The translations under genes and the position numbers were made by a program. A stretch of 52,681 nucleotides of DNA from Ignavibacteria bacterium (GTDB lineage: Bacteria > Bacteroidota > Ignavibacteria > Tepidaquicellales > OLB5), in NCBI GenBank assembly GCA_025451455.1, contig JANWKI010000047.1, forward strand, positions 1-52,681, in the 5' to 3' direction. Below are positions 19,588 through 29,864 of the stretch, piece after piece; position 1 is the first letter of the stretch, and every line of letters starts with the position of its first letter. The notes below the pieces were generated by a model. The model was not told the origin of the DNA and ran no database searches. It saw only the letters and a list, made by a program, of their open reading frames with translations.

Positions 19588-20325
19588 TTATAATTTTAAT
19601 TTTTTGAATATGATTTCAGGAATTGATTTAACTATTTTCATTATATACCACCAGAAAAAAGGAGTATATTTAATACTCTTGCCATTTATCATGGCTTTAT
19701 AAATATCCCTGCCAACTTTTTGCGGAGATGCAACAAGAATTCCGGGAAGCTTCATTCCATACGTCATTGGTGTATCAACAAAACCGGGTTTAACAGTAAG
19801 CACATTTACCCCGGACTTGAATAACCTGCTCCTGAGACCCTGTAAATATACACTCAGCCCGCCTTTGGCAGAGCCATACATATAATTACTTTGCCTGCCT
19901 CTATCACCTGCAACCGAAGAAATTACTGCAATGTTACCCTTTTTCTTTGATTCAAATTCTGCTGCAATAATTTCGCAAATCGATACTACCCCGGTATAAT
20001 TCAGGTCAATTACCCTGTGAGCTTCTGAAAAATCGATCTGAGCACTTTCCTGAGTTCCAAGGTATCCAAAAGTTATCAAAACATATTGCAGATCAGGAAT
20101 TAATGCAAGGCAGTCTTCAACTGCTTTTTTGTGGCCCGAAAAATCCAAAGCATCAAACTGCACAGAATAGCAATTCACCTTATGCCTTATCTTAAAATCT
20201 TCCGCAATTTTCGAAAGTTCATCTTTATTCCGTTCGGCAAAAATGATTTCATGGCCTGCCTGCGCGAAGTTTGCTGCTGCCGCCTGTGCTATCAAAGAAT
20301 TAGCGCCAAGTACTAGGAGGGACAT
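19588..20325 (-). CDS. SDR-family reductase, DprE2-like (decaprenylphospho-2-keto-ribose reductase-like)
   Basis: Collinear by eye with mycobacterial DprE2 as I recall it: FDALD..GH, FGYLG, LNYTG.VS, SSVAGDRGRQSNYMYGSAKGGL, C-terminal IPEIIFKKLKL. Overlaps the upstream FAD oxidase gene by 13 nt. Confidence 0.8.
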   Translation of the reverse strand: MSLLVLGANSLIAQAAAANFAQAGHEIIFAERNKDELSKIAEDFKIRHKVNCYSVQFDALDFSGHKKAVEDCLALIPDLQYVLITFGYLGTQESAQIDFSEAHRVIDLNYTGVVSICEIIAAEFESKKKGNIAVISSVAGDRGRQSNYMYGSAKGGLSVYLQGLRSRLFKSGVNVLTVKPGFVDTPMTYGMKLPGILVASPQKVGRDIYKAMINGKSIKYTPFFWWYIMKIVKSIPEIIFKKLKL

Positions 20326-21695
20326 AAGCCTATCCTCCTTCCAAGGCTTGAAGTGAACTTGTTCTCCGGGTCATACTTGATCTTGATATCCATCCATTTT
20401 TCCCATAGTCCTTTATACATTTTCTTAAAAGTTACCTCGTCTAAGATCGAATCCTTTGTAAGATAGGTTCTGCCGCCGTAATCAAGTACAATTTCATCAA
20501 GCTTCCTGCACATTTCAATTGTTCCTTTCTTAACCGGAAAATCCATTGAAAGTGTGTATCCCCTGAAAGGAAATGAGAGAATTCCTTCCTGGTCTCCCAT
20601 TTTCTTCAGTACTGCAAGGAACGAGCCACCGCCAAATGATACAACTTTATGAAGCAGCTTATCAACTGCTTCCTTTCCCCTGTCTTCGGGAATGTTAAGC
20701 TGATATTGAATAAGTCCGCTTTTACTGTATATATGATTCCAGTTCAGTATTGAATCAAGCGGGTAGAAATACTTATCATAGTGCTCGAAATTTTCTTTAT
20801 TTTTTGAAGTCATATAGATCATGGAATTGAAAAGGCTGATAGTTACTTTGTTCAGAGTGCTGAAAGGTATTTCAAACGGAACGGATATCTTCTTTTCAAT
20901 GTGCTTTTCTTTTGATCTTAGTTTAAGCTTTTCAGGAAGCTCATCTAATTTTGAGTGGTTACCGAGGAAAAGTACATTCCTCCCATAGCTGCTTCCTTTA
21001 GCTACAATATCCATCCATGCGACTGAATAATGGTAATCTGCATCATATTCTTCAAACTTGTCAAAGAGTGCATTAAGATTGCCAAGCTTAACAGCCTTAC
21101 TTTCTATGTATGGTGACTCGATCTTCCTGAGCTTAATTTCACAGTCAAGTATAAATCCTGTAAGCCCCATTCCCCCAACCGTTGCCCAGAACAGATCGGA
21201 GTTCTCTTCTCTTGAACATTTCATGACTTTGCCCGACGCTGTCAAAATATTAAAGCTTAATACAAAGCTTGATATTGAGCCTGCTTTGTGGTGATTTTTA
21301 CCGTGAACATCACTTGCTATTGCCCCGCCCATGGTTACATATTTTGTTCCCGGTGTAACCGGAGGAAACCATCCTCGCAAAACAAAGGTATCAAGCAAAT
21401 TTTCATATGTCACCCCGGCTTCGCATCTTAATATTCCTGTTGATTCATCAAATGCAAGGAATCTGTTCATGTGAATTGATTCTGCTACAAATCCGCCTTT
21501 ATTTATCGCAGCATCTCCGTAACTTCGTCCAAGTCCCCGCCCTACCATAGGGCCTTCTTTAAGGTATTCTTTTAAATCTTCAATACCCGTGGGTCTTGTA
21601 ACCTTGCATTTAGCCTTGGGGTATTTACCAAAACCCGAAAGCTCCATTTCTTCAAATTTCATTGAATTCTGTGTTTTGAAAGCCCGTTCCTCCAT
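20313..21695 (-). CDS. FAD-binding oxidoreductase, DprE1-like (decaprenylphosphoryl-ribose 2'-oxidase-like)
   Basis: GRGLGRSYGDAAIN, PGTKYVTMGGAIASDVHGKNHHKAGS, LFWATVGGMGLTGFI, GLIQYQLNIP and GGRTYLTKDS match blocks I recall from M. tuberculosis DprE1. Confidence 0.85.
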   Translation of the reverse strand: MEERAFKTQNSMKFEEMELSGFGKYPKAKCKVTRPTGIEDLKEYLKEGPMVGRGLGRSYGDAAINKGGFVAESIHMNRFLAFDESTGILRCEAGVTYENLLDTFVLRGWFPPVTPGTKYVTMGGAIASDVHGKNHHKAGSISSFVLSFNILTASGKVMKCSREENSDLFWATVGGMGLTGFILDCEIKLRKIESPYIESKAVKLGNLNALFDKFEEYDADYHYSVAWMDIVAKGSSYGRNVLFLGNHSKLDELPEKLKLRSKEKHIEKKISVPFEIPFSTLNKVTISLFNSMIYMTSKNKENFEHYDKYFYPLDSILNWNHIYSKSGLIQYQLNIPEDRGKEAVDKLLHKVVSFGGGSFLAVLKKMGDQEGILSFPFRGYTLSMDFPVKKGTIEMCRKLDEIVLDYGGRTYLTKDSILDEVTFKKMYKGLWEKWMDIKIKYDPENKFTSSLGRRIGLCPS

Positions 21696-21967
21696 GAGAT
21701 AAGCACAATATCGTGATTTCTAATATGATAAGAAATTTAGAAATTCAGTATTATGTTACGGGAAGCGGTACATTTGCATCACACCTGTTAAAAAAGCAAA
21801 AGATCCAGCCACAAATTCCACAAATTATCACCAGGAAGAATGTATATAATTTTCAAAAAATGTAAAACTTTGAACAATATAACAGAACACTAATTGGTTT
21901 TTCAATTTAGAATAAAATTGTTATTATTGTTCATAAGGCTCTTTGTAATAATCCGGCTTTGCCGGAT

Positions 21968-22140
21968 AGGATATTTTCGGTTCACTTTAATAACTGTGAT
22001 CAAAAGGGAACCGGGTTCAATGCCCGGGCTGTCCCCGCAACTGTAATAAAGAAGAACGGTCATCTTAAGTCACTGTCAGGTTTTTTTGACGGGAAGGCTG
22101 ACCGTGAATTGCTTTAAAGCCAGGAGACCTGCCGGAAATA
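21968..22140 (+). promoter_or_regulatory. Cobalamin (B12) riboswitch aptamer
   Basis: Core AAAAGGGAACCGGGTTCAATGCCCGGGCTGTCCCCGCAACTGTAA, then AAGTCACTG....GACGGGAAGGCTG, then B12 box AGCCAGGAGACCTGCC (22119-22134). A putative P1 pairs about 21972-21980 with 22132-22140. It sits upstream of a BtuB-like receptor locus. Confidence 0.88.
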
Positions 22141-22193
22141 AAATTAATCTGTAATCTTCGTGGGCAAAGATAAACAGGATAGTTTTTCAAGGT

Positions 22194-22262
22194 ACTCCCT
22201 GTATCTTCATGATCCTGTATTTATGCACACAGGTTTAAGAAGATTCAGGGAGTTTTTATTTT
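22194..22262 (+). terminator. Riboswitch expression-platform intrinsic terminator
   Basis: ACTCCCTG (22194-22201) pairs perfectly with CAGGGAGT (22246-22253). An inner CCTGT/ACAGG stem is present, and TTTTATTTT follows immediately. Confidence 0.7.
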
Positions 22263-22305
22263 AATTAACGTTTTTTCTAACTAAACTTTTTTCATCGGGA
22301 GAAAT

Positions 22306-23361
22306 ATGAAAAAGTTAAATGCAATTCCTTTTGTATTCGTATCGGTTTTTGTTTTAACACAATTTAATGGTTGTGGTGATGAGGATATTGTTAACCCTGT
22401 TTTTGTTCAGGTTACTGATGGTGCATATATTCTTTCTGAAGGAACAAACCCGACTAACAGTGCTCTTTCATTTTATTCAGTGGATAGGGATTCCTTTTAT
22501 CAGGATATTTATAGTGGTGATCTTGCTTATACAGACGGAATCGAAATGTGGGGAGGCGATGTGTTTATTGTTGAGCAAGGAAATTTTGGGGGTTCGGGCA
22601 GGTTATACCAGCTTGATTCTAACGGAGGATTAAAACGATCTTCAGACCCTTTCGGCACAAATCCATTTTCAATCGCTATTGCCGGACAAAGAGCTTATAT
22701 TACAAATGGACCCGCAAGCAAAGTTTCTGTAATTGATTTAAATAATTTATCTTTTATGCAGGATATTACTGTTGGTGTTTATCCCCAGGAGATTCTTTTT
22801 TGCAATGGAACTATTTATGTATGTAATACCAGTGCCTTTGGAGGTTCGGCTGATTCAACAGTTTCAGTAATTGATCCAAATTCAAATACAGTCGTTTCAA
22901 CTATCGTTCTGAGAAAAGACCCCACGTCAGTTAAATGTGTTGAGCAGGGCAATGGCCTGGTGATATATGCAGGTTGTCAGGGGGGAGGCGGTATGATATA
23001 TAAAATAGAAGTTAACACTAATAATATACTTGATTCATTCAGTGTGCCAAACGGCTTTGATAAAGATCTGATATATGCAGATGGTTCGGTATATTTTATT
23101 TCCGGTTCAAATAATATAGATAGACTCGATCTTGCTGCAAGGACAGTCAATACTTTTATTGTAAACCCCGGTTCTCCGGCATATTTCTACGGATATAATT
23201 ATGATAATGTTAACAAAAAACATTATGTACTGGATGCTAAAACATTTACATTAGATGGAAACCTGTATATATACAACGAGGCAGGCATTCAGGAAAGAAG
23301 CTATACTGCTGGAGTAGGACCGAGGAGAGTATATTTTAAAAATCATATAAATCAGCATTAA
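22306..23361 (+). CDS. Probable surface lipoprotein, YVTN/YncE-like beta-propeller (BtuG-like candidate)
   Basis: Signal peptide ending ..LTQFNGC, followed by the acidic stretch GDED. Repeated ..YITNGPASKVSVIDLNN.., ..IYVCNTS...STVSVIDPNSNTVV.. blade-like units. First gene after the B12 riboswitch, 18 nt before the BtuB-like receptor. Confidence 0.75.
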   Translation: MKKLNAIPFVFVSVFVLTQFNGCGDEDIVNPVFVQVTDGAYILSEGTNPTNSALSFYSVDRDSFYQDIYSGDLAYTDGIEMWGGDVFIVEQGNFGGSGRLYQLDSNGGLKRSSDPFGTNPFSIAIAGQRAYITNGPASKVSVIDLNNLSFMQDITVGVYPQEILFCNGTIYVCNTSAFGGSADSTVSVIDPNSNTVVSTIVLRKDPTSVKCVEQGNGLVIYAGCQGGGGMIYKIEVNTNNILDSFSVPNGFDKDLIYADGSVYFISGSNNIDRLDLAARTVNTFIVNPGSPAYFYGYNYDNVNKKHYVLDAKTFTLDGNLYIYNEAGIQERSYTAGVGPRRVYFKNHINQH

Positions 23362-23379
23362 CCCTTTATTAAGATAAGA

Positions 23380-25377
23380 TTGAATATTTTATATAAAATA
23401 TTATTTATTCACGTGTTTTTTACAGGGGTTATCTTTGCCCAGGGAATTATTTCCTCCGGCAGGGATAGTGTTTTTACAGATGAGATCCTGGTTGAAACCA
23501 ACAGGCTGAAGATGACGAATTCTAACGCGCCGAATAAGATACAGGTACTTGACGAACAGTTTATATTATCAATTAACGGAAACGGCCTGCCCGACGCCCT
23601 GCAGCTAAGTGATGCAGTGTATATTAAAGATTACGGCTTTAACTCAGGCTCGAAGACCATCTCACTTAACGCAACACAAAGCGAACATACGCTGATACTT
23701 TTGAACGGTGTAAAGCTTAACAGCAGCCAGAATGCACAGGTTGATCTTTCATTATATAATCTGGATAATGTATCCAGGATTGAATTATCCAAAGGCGGCT
23801 CTTCTGCACTCTACGGAAGCGGTGCAATAGGCGGAGTAATAAATATTATTACAAAGGATTTTATTTCCCCGAAGCCCGTTGGATTTTATTTAACAGCGGG
23901 TGCAGGTTCTTACGGTCAAAGGAAGTTCTTCGGAAGATTTTCACAAAACATTGATTTTAACCATTTTAATAATGTAAATTACAGCCTTTCATATACAGAT
24001 GAGCGGGCAACGAATAATTTCGAGTATTATTTTAAAAACGGTACTGCTGAAATATTAAAGGAAAGGGAAAATTCGGATTTCAATAAACAGGCATTTAATC
24101 TTGATCTCAGATATACTGATGAAAATAAATCAGCACTTAAGATCTTTGCAAATTATTCACATTTTGAAAGAGGAGTACCGGGGGTTGATCTTGGTTATTC
24201 ATCAGGTACAGCAAGGCAGATAGATTATGATTTAATAACCAGCGCTGAATACAGCAATGAAGTTAAAGAAAAGCTTTTTCTGAAAACAGATATCAGCTAT
24301 AAAAATGCTCTTCAGAAATATTTTGATCCCGCAACGTTCAATCTATCTTCTGAAATTAACAGCTACTACAGGCTCAGCAGTTTTACAGCATCCAGTACTT
24401 TGAGCTATATTCAATCAGATTATTTCAATCTTGAGTCAGGCGGTGAGCTCTCATTCAGTAAGATAGTAAGCAATGAAACAGAAGAAGGCAAACAATTTCA
24501 GGCAGCGGTATTTGCACTGTCTAAAATCGGGTTAAATCTGAAAAATACTTCGGATATCATTTTTTATCCTTCTCTAAGGTATGATTATTTTTCAAATATT
24601 TCAGAACATAATGTTGTTACCGGGAAACTTGGAATTAACATTAAGCCCCTCAGTAAAACTGATTTGAATCTCAAATCCTCGATTGGAAATAACTTCAGTG
24701 CGCCTACTTTTAATGAGCTGTATTGGAATGATTTGGGAAATAAGGATCTTAGACCGGAAAAATCCATTAGCTTTGATGCAGGAGTATATTATAAATTCAA
24801 AGCATTAAGCATAAATGAACTTGAATTTTCTTACTTTAATATCAATACAACTGATAGAATTGTATGGACACCAATTTCGGGTGTTATATGGAGACCGATT
24901 AATGTTGGTAAAGTAAAGTCTGAAGGTATAGATATAAGCCTCAGATCAGACATTTCATTCAGTAAACAATTAAATGCAGGGACATCGCTAAATTATACAT
25001 ACAGCACCTCTATTAAGAAAAACAAGGATTTTGAAGATGATCCAACTTACAATAAACAACTCATTTATATCCCAATAGAGATGGTAAAAGCTTCAATTAT
25101 GATGAATTATTTGACTACAAGTAAATTATTAAAATTTGTATCTTTTAACCTGTTCTATATATTCTCAACAAGAAGGTATACAAACTTCGAAAATACTGAT
25201 TTTGTGCCGAGATATGATGTTCTTGACGCAAATGTTTCAATTGGTTTCAATATTATGAATATGGAAACAGCCTTAAAATTCATAGTTAACAATATGTTAA
25301 ATGAAAAATACCAGGTGATTTCCGCTTACCCTATGTCGCTTCGGAATTTTAAACTGGAAATTAGTCTTAAATATTAA
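23380..25377 (+). CDS. btuB: TonB-dependent receptor, BtuB-like (vitamin B12 uptake)
   Basis: TTG start and signal peptide. TonB-box-like DEILVET. Plug motifs (..LLNGVKLN.., ..IELSKGGSSALYGSGAIGGVINIIT..). About 22-strand barrel length, ending ..FKLEISLKY. Riboswitch-controlled context. Confidence 0.85.
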   Translation: MNILYKILFIHVFFTGVIFAQGIISSGRDSVFTDEILVETNRLKMTNSNAPNKIQVLDEQFILSINGNGLPDALQLSDAVYIKDYGFNSGSKTISLNATQSEHTLILLNGVKLNSSQNAQVDLSLYNLDNVSRIELSKGGSSALYGSGAIGGVINIITKDFISPKPVGFYLTAGAGSYGQRKFFGRFSQNIDFNHFNNVNYSLSYTDERATNNFEYYFKNGTAEILKERENSDFNKQAFNLDLRYTDENKSALKIFANYSHFERGVPGVDLGYSSGTARQIDYDLITSAEYSNEVKEKLFLKTDISYKNALQKYFDPATFNLSSEINSYYRLSSFTASSTLSYIQSDYFNLESGGELSFSKIVSNETEEGKQFQAAVFALSKIGLNLKNTSDIIFYPSLRYDYFSNISEHNVVTGKLGINIKPLSKTDLNLKSSIGNNFSAPTFNELYWNDLGNKDLRPEKSISFDAGVYYKFKALSINELEFSYFNINTTDRIVWTPISGVIWRPINVGKVKSEGIDISLRSDISFSKQLNAGTSLNYTYSTSIKKNKDFEDDPTYNKQLIYIPIEMVKASIMMNYLTTSKLLKFVSFNLFYIFSTRRYTNFENTDFVPRYDVLDANVSIGFNIMNMETALKFIVNNMLNEKYQVISAYPMSLRNFKLEISLKY

Positions 25378-25396
25378 ATATAGGAGAATCAACAAA

Positions 25397-25939
25397 ATGG
25401 TAAATTTTATAATTGCAGTTGTATTAATATTATTTGCAGCATTCTCACGTCTTCTTCCACATCCGATGAATTTTGCACCGGTCGCTGCAATTGCACTTTT
25501 TTCCGGTGTATATTTAAACAGGAAATATGCATTCATTATTCCGTTTGCAGCACTTGTACTCAGTGATATTTTTCTTGGGTTCTATACATATATTTATTGG
25601 GTATACGGAACATTCTTTTTAGTTGCCCTGATCGGTCTTTGGCTTAAATCAAGGGTCGAAAATTCAAACGGAGGAAAAAAAGCAGCATACATTTTCGGAA
25701 CGACTCTGGCTGCATCAATTATCTTTTTCCTTGTTACTAACTTTGGAGTATGGACTAGCGGAATGTATTATGAAATGAATTTTGGCGGGCTTATACAGTG
25801 TTACACTATGGCAATTCCGTTTTTCAGAAACTCACTCGGCGGTGATCTGTTCTATGTAACGGCAATGTTCGGAATTTATGAACTTGCAGCAAGGATCATA
25901 AAGCAAGGTGAGCTGAAAGAAGCCGGGGCGAAGAAGTAA
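25397..25939 (+). CDS. Small polytopic membrane protein (about 5-6 TM), candidate inner-membrane corrinoid transporter
   Basis: Strongly hydrophobic. N-terminus ..[22 protein letters not shown]... RBS-like AGGAGA upstream. Wedged between the btuB-like gene and metH with gaps of 19 and 10 nt. Confidence 0.75.
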   Translation: MVNFIIAVVLILFAAFSRLLPHPMNFAPVAAIALFSGVYLNRKYAFIIPFAALVLSDIFLGFYTYIYWVYGTFFLVALIGLWLKSRVENSNGGKKAAYIFGTTLAASIIFFLVTNFGVWTSGMYYEMNFGGLIQCYTMAIPFFRNSLGGDLFYVTAMFGIYELAARIIKQGELKEAGAKK

Positions 25940-25949
25940 TTACTATTAT

Positions 25950-28900
25950 ATGATAGAACGATTAAAAGAAGAGTTAGCCAAAAGAATAGTCATATTAGAT
26001 GGACCAAGAGGAACTATGATCCAGAAGCGAAAGCTGACGGAAGAAGAGTTCCGCGGAGAAAGGCTGAGAGATCATCATTCGGACCTAAGAGGCAACAATG
26101 ACATACTTAACCTTACCCAGCCGGAAATTGTTTCGGAAATTTATGAACAGTACCTTGATGCAGGTTCAGATATTATTGGCACCAATACTTTCAACTCTTC
26201 ATCTATATCGCAGGCTGATTACGGGACAGAGAAGTACGTTTACGGGATAAATTTTGAATCGGCAAGGCTCGCAAGGCTTGCAGCCGATAAATTTACAGCC
26301 AAGACGCCAGATAAACCGCGCTATGTTGCCGGTGCTATAGGCCCGATGAATAAAACTCTTTCTATGTCACCCGATGTTAATGATCCGGGCTTCAGGGCAG
26401 TTACCTTTGACCAGATAAAAGATTCATACCGCGAGGCTGCCAAAGGTCTTATTGATGGCGGTGTAGATATTCTTCTTGTGGAAACAGTTTTTGATACCCT
26501 GAACTGTAAAGCTGCGCTGTATGCCATTAACGAATATTTCGATGAGACAGGAAAAAAACTGCCCATCATGTTATCCGGTACAATTGTTGATCTCAGCGGC
26601 AGAACTTTATCGGGTCAGACACTTGAAGGATTCCTGAATTCCGTAAAACATGCGGGATTGTTCAGTATCGGGCTGAACTGCTCACTGGGGGCAAAGGAAA
26701 TGCGCCCTTATATAGAAGAGCTCTCAGAAAAAGCGGATATTTATCTAAGCTGTTACCCCAATGCGGGTTTGCCAAATGCATTTGGCGGGTATGATGAGCT
26801 CCCCGAAGAAACTGCAAATTATTTAAGAGATTTTGGAAACAGCGGTTTTTTGAACCTGGTTGGCGGATGCTGCGGAACCACACCCGACCATATCAGAATG
26901 ATCGCCGAATTTGTAAAAGATATTCCCCCCAGGAAGATCCCCGTTGTTGAGCCTTACTTAAGGCTTAGCGGACTTGAACCGCTGAACATTACCCCTCAGA
27001 CTAACTTTGTGAACATAGGCGAGAGAACCAATATTACCGGTTCTGCAAAATTTGCTAAACTTATAAGGGACGAGAATTATGAAGAGGCATTAAGTGTTGC
27101 ACTCCAGCAGGTAGAAAGCGGCGCGCAGGTGATAGATATTAATATGGATGAGGGAATGATAGACGGCGTTGCCGCAATGGAAAAATTCCTTAAGCTCTCC
27201 GCTGTTGAGCCTGATATTGCGCGTGTGCCCGTAATGCTTGATTCATCCAGATGGGAAATTATCGAAGCGGGACTGAAATGCCTGCAGGGCAAGGGAATAG
27301 TTAACTCCATCAGCTTAAAAGAAGGGGAAGAGAAGTTTATTGCCCATGCGCGAAAAGTAAAAATGTACGGTGCTGCAGTAATTGTCATGGCTTTTGATGA
27401 AAAAGGTCAGGCTGATAGTTTTGAAAGAAAGATTGAGGTCTGCAAACGTTCATATGACATATTGACTCAAAAAGTCGGATTCCCTCCCCAGGATATTATT
27501 TTTGATCCGAATATATTAACTGTTGCTACCGGAATTGAAGAGCATAACAATTATGCGGTTGATTATATCAACGCAACGAGATGGGTTAAGGAAAATCTTC
27601 CTCATGCAAAGATAAGCGGGGGAGTAAGCAATATCTCGTTCTCATTCCGTGGCAATAATTTCGTACGCGAGGCAATGCATTCGGCATTTTTATATCATGC
27701 TATAAAAGCAGGGATGGATATGGGTATTGTAAATGCGGGAATGATAGAGGTTTACGATGAAATTCCCAAAGACTTGCTTGAGCTTGTTGAAGATGTACTC
27801 CTGAACAGAAGGCCCGATGCTACTGAAAGGCTTGTTGATTTTGCCGAGAAAGTGAAATCAAAAGGGAAGGTTATTGAACGTGATGACGCGTGGAGAAATG
27901 AACCGGTTGAAGTGCGGCTTAAACATGCTTTGATAAAAGGTATTGTTGAATATATTGATGAAGATACCGAAGAGGCGAGGAAGAAATATCCAAAACCGCT
28001 TGATGTTATCGAAGGGCCGTTAATGGACGGAATGAATGTTGTTGGGGACCTCTTTGGTTCAGGCAAAATGTTCCTGCCGCAGGTTGTTAAGAGCGCAAGG
28101 GTTATGAAAAAATCCGTGGCTTACTTAACACCTTTTATAGAAAAGGAAAAAGCTGCCGGTGCTTCAAAAACAAACGGAAAAATTCTGCTTGCAACGGTTA
28201 AGGGAGATGTGCACGATATAGGTAAAAATATTGTTGGCGTTGTGCTTGGATGCAATAATTATGAGATAATTGATCTTGGTGTAATGGTCTCAGCCGAAAA
28301 GATACTTCAGACTGCAAAAGAGAAGAATGTCGATATCATAGGGTTAAGCGGACTCATAACTCCCTCGCTTGATGAAATGGTTCATGTTGCAAAAGAGATG
28401 GAGCGCCAGGGATTCAAGGTTCCGCTTCTAATCGGCGGAGCGACTACTTCAAAAATTCATGCCGCTGTTAAAATTGCTCCGAATTATTCCAATCCAACAG
28501 TTCATGTACTTGATGCTTCAAGAAGTGTTACCGTTGCAGGAAGCCTGATGAACAAAGATAACCGTGATAATTTCATCGGTTCAGTGAGGCAGGAATATGA
28601 CAGGATGCGGATAACACACAAAGGGAAAAAAGACGAAAAGAAATTCCTGAAAATTGAAGATGCCCGCCAAAAAGGGCATAAGATAGACTGGTCAAAAGCT
28701 GAAATAACAAAACCAACTTTCACAGGTAATAAAGTATTTGATGATTTCCCGCTTGCAAAGATAAGAGAAAAAATTGACTGGACGCCGTTTTTCCTCACAT
28801 GGGAACTCAAAGGCAAATTTCCGAAGATATTCGATGACCCGAATTATGGCAGTGAAGCAAAAAAGCTTTTCGATGACGCAAACAAATTGCTCGATGAGGT

Positions 28901-29642
28901 TGTAAAGGGAAAATTATTAACTGCAAAAGCAGTCATTGGCCTGTACCCTGCAAACTCTGTTGGTGATGATATAGAAGTATACTCAAATGAAAAGAGAAAC
29001 GAAGTGCTGCATACTTTCCATACCTTAAGGCAGCAGGTACAGAAAACCACCAGCCAGCCATACATCGGGCTATCGGATTTCATCGCGCCGAAATCATCCG
29101 GTGTGAAGGATTATATCGGCAGCTTTGCAGTTACAACCGGAATTGGAATTGAATCAATTCTTGAAAGATTCAAAAAAGAACATGATGATTATAACAGTAT
29201 TATGATAAAGGCACTTGCAGACAGGCTTGCCGAAGCTTTTGCCGAGCTGATGCATGAAATGGTTAGGAAAGAATTATGGGGATATTCAAAGGATGAAAAG
29301 CTATCTAACGAAGATCTTATCGCGGAAAAATATGCAGGCATCAGGCCTGCACCAGGTTACCCGGCACAGCCCGATCATACTGAAAAACAAATTATTTTTG
29401 ATGTTCTTGATGCTGAGGAAAGTACCGGCATAATACTCACGGAAAGCTTTGCAATGTATCCGGCATCATCTGTCAGCGGGCTGTATTTCTCGCATCCTGA
29501 ATCGAAATACTTTAATGTGGGTAAGATTAACAGAGATCAGGTTGAGGATTATGCAAGAAGAAAGAACATGTCATTGGAAGTAATTGAAAGGTGGCTGGCA
29601 CCCATATTGGCTTATGAACCTGTTGAAATTATCGAAGGGTAG
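25950..29642 (+). CDS. metH: Cobalamin-dependent methionine synthase
   Basis: Full five-module architecture over 1230 aa: Hcy-binding (..[11 protein letters not shown]..), pterin-binding, B12 cap plus DxHxxG ([11 protein letters not shown]), ..SGLITPSL.., ..GGA.., and the C-terminal AdoMet activation domain (..[12 protein letters not shown]..). Confidence 0.97.
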   Translation: MIERLKEELAKRIVILDGPRGTMIQKRKLTEEEFRGERLRDHHSDLRGNNDILNLTQPEIVSEIYEQYLDAGSDIIGTNTFNSSSISQADYGTEKYVYGINFESARLARLAADKFTAKTPDKPRYVAGAIGPMNKTLSMSPDVNDPGFRAVTFDQIKDSYREAAKGLIDGGVDILLVETVFDTLNCKAALYAINEYFDETGKKLPIMLSGTIVDLSGRTLSGQTLEGFLNSVKHAGLFSIGLNCSLGAKEMRPYIEELSEKADIYLSCYPNAGLPNAFGGYDELPEETANYLRDFGNSGFLNLVGGCCGTTPDHIRMIAEFVKDIPPRKIPVVEPYLRLSGLEPLNITPQTNFVNIGERTNITGSAKFAKLIRDENYEEALSVALQQVESGAQVIDINMDEGMIDGVAAMEKFLKLSAVEPDIARVPVMLDSSRWEIIEAGLKCLQGKGIVNSISLKEGEEKFIAHARKVKMYGAAVIVMAFDEKGQADSFERKIEVCKRSYDILTQKVGFPPQDIIFDPNILTVATGIEEHNNYAVDYINATRWVKENLPHAKISGGVSNISFSFRGNNFVREAMHSAFLYHAIKAGMDMGIVNAGMIEVYDEIPKDLLELVEDVLLNRRPDATERLVDFAEKVKSKGKVIERDDAWRNEPVEVRLKHALIKGIVEYIDEDTEEARKKYPKPLDVIEGPLMDGMNVVGDLFGSGKMFLPQVVKSARVMKKSVAYLTPFIEKEKAAGASKTNGKILLATVKGDVHDIGKNIVGVVLGCNNYEIIDLGVMVSAEKILQTAKEKNVDIIGLSGLITPSLDEMVHVAKEMERQGFKVPLLIGGATTSKIHAAVKIAPNYSNPTVHVLDASRSVTVAGSLMNKDNRDNFIGSVRQEYDRMRITHKGKKDEKKFLKIEDARQKGHKIDWSKAEITKPTFTGNKVFDDFPLAKIREKIDWTPFFLTWELKGKFPKIFDDPNYGSEAKKLFDDANKLLDEVVKGKLLTAKAVIGLYPANSVGDDIEVYSNEKRNEVLHTFHTLRQQVQKTTSQPYIGLSDFIAPKSSGVKDYIGSFAVTTGIGIESILERFKKEHDDYNSIMIKALADRLAEAFAELMHEMVRKELWGYSKDEKLSNEDLIAEKYAGIRPAPGYPAQPDHTEKQIIFDVLDAEESTGIILTESFAMYPASSVSGLYFSHPESKYFNVGKINRDQVEDYARRKNMSLEVIERWLAPILAYEPVEIIEG

Positions 29643-29651
29643 GTTAATTAT

Positions 29652-29864
29652 ATGGTAGATAGATGCATATGTTTTGACAAGAAATTTTCTGATCTGAAAA
29701 TTCTGATTGATAAACATAAGTTAAAGAATATTGATGACCTTAGAAGATATTTTCTCTTTGGTGAAAACTGCAAAACGTGCATTCCTTATATAGAAATGAT
29801 ATTTGATACGGGAAGAACAGAGTTCAAGCCTGTATTTAATGATAATGACAGGGAAACAGCGTGA
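29652..29864 (+). CDS. BFD-like [2Fe-2S]-binding small protein
   Basis: Cys pattern C5-x-C7 ... C40-x2-C43 (CICF....ENCKTCIPYIE) with the spacing of the BFD-like 2Fe-2S domain. 9 nt after metH. Its stop overlaps the GTG start of the next gene (GTGA). Confidence 0.7.
   Translation: MVDRCICFDKKFSDLKILIDKHKLKNIDDLRRYFLFGENCKTCIPYIEMIFDTGRTEFKPVFNDNDRETA

Noticed and set aside
21948-21972. Hairpin ATCCGGC-TTT-GCCGGAT just upstream of the riboswitch, as a terminator
   Set aside because: No plus-strand gene lies upstream for it to terminate, and there is no U-run. It may be part of the riboswitch leader, or incidental.
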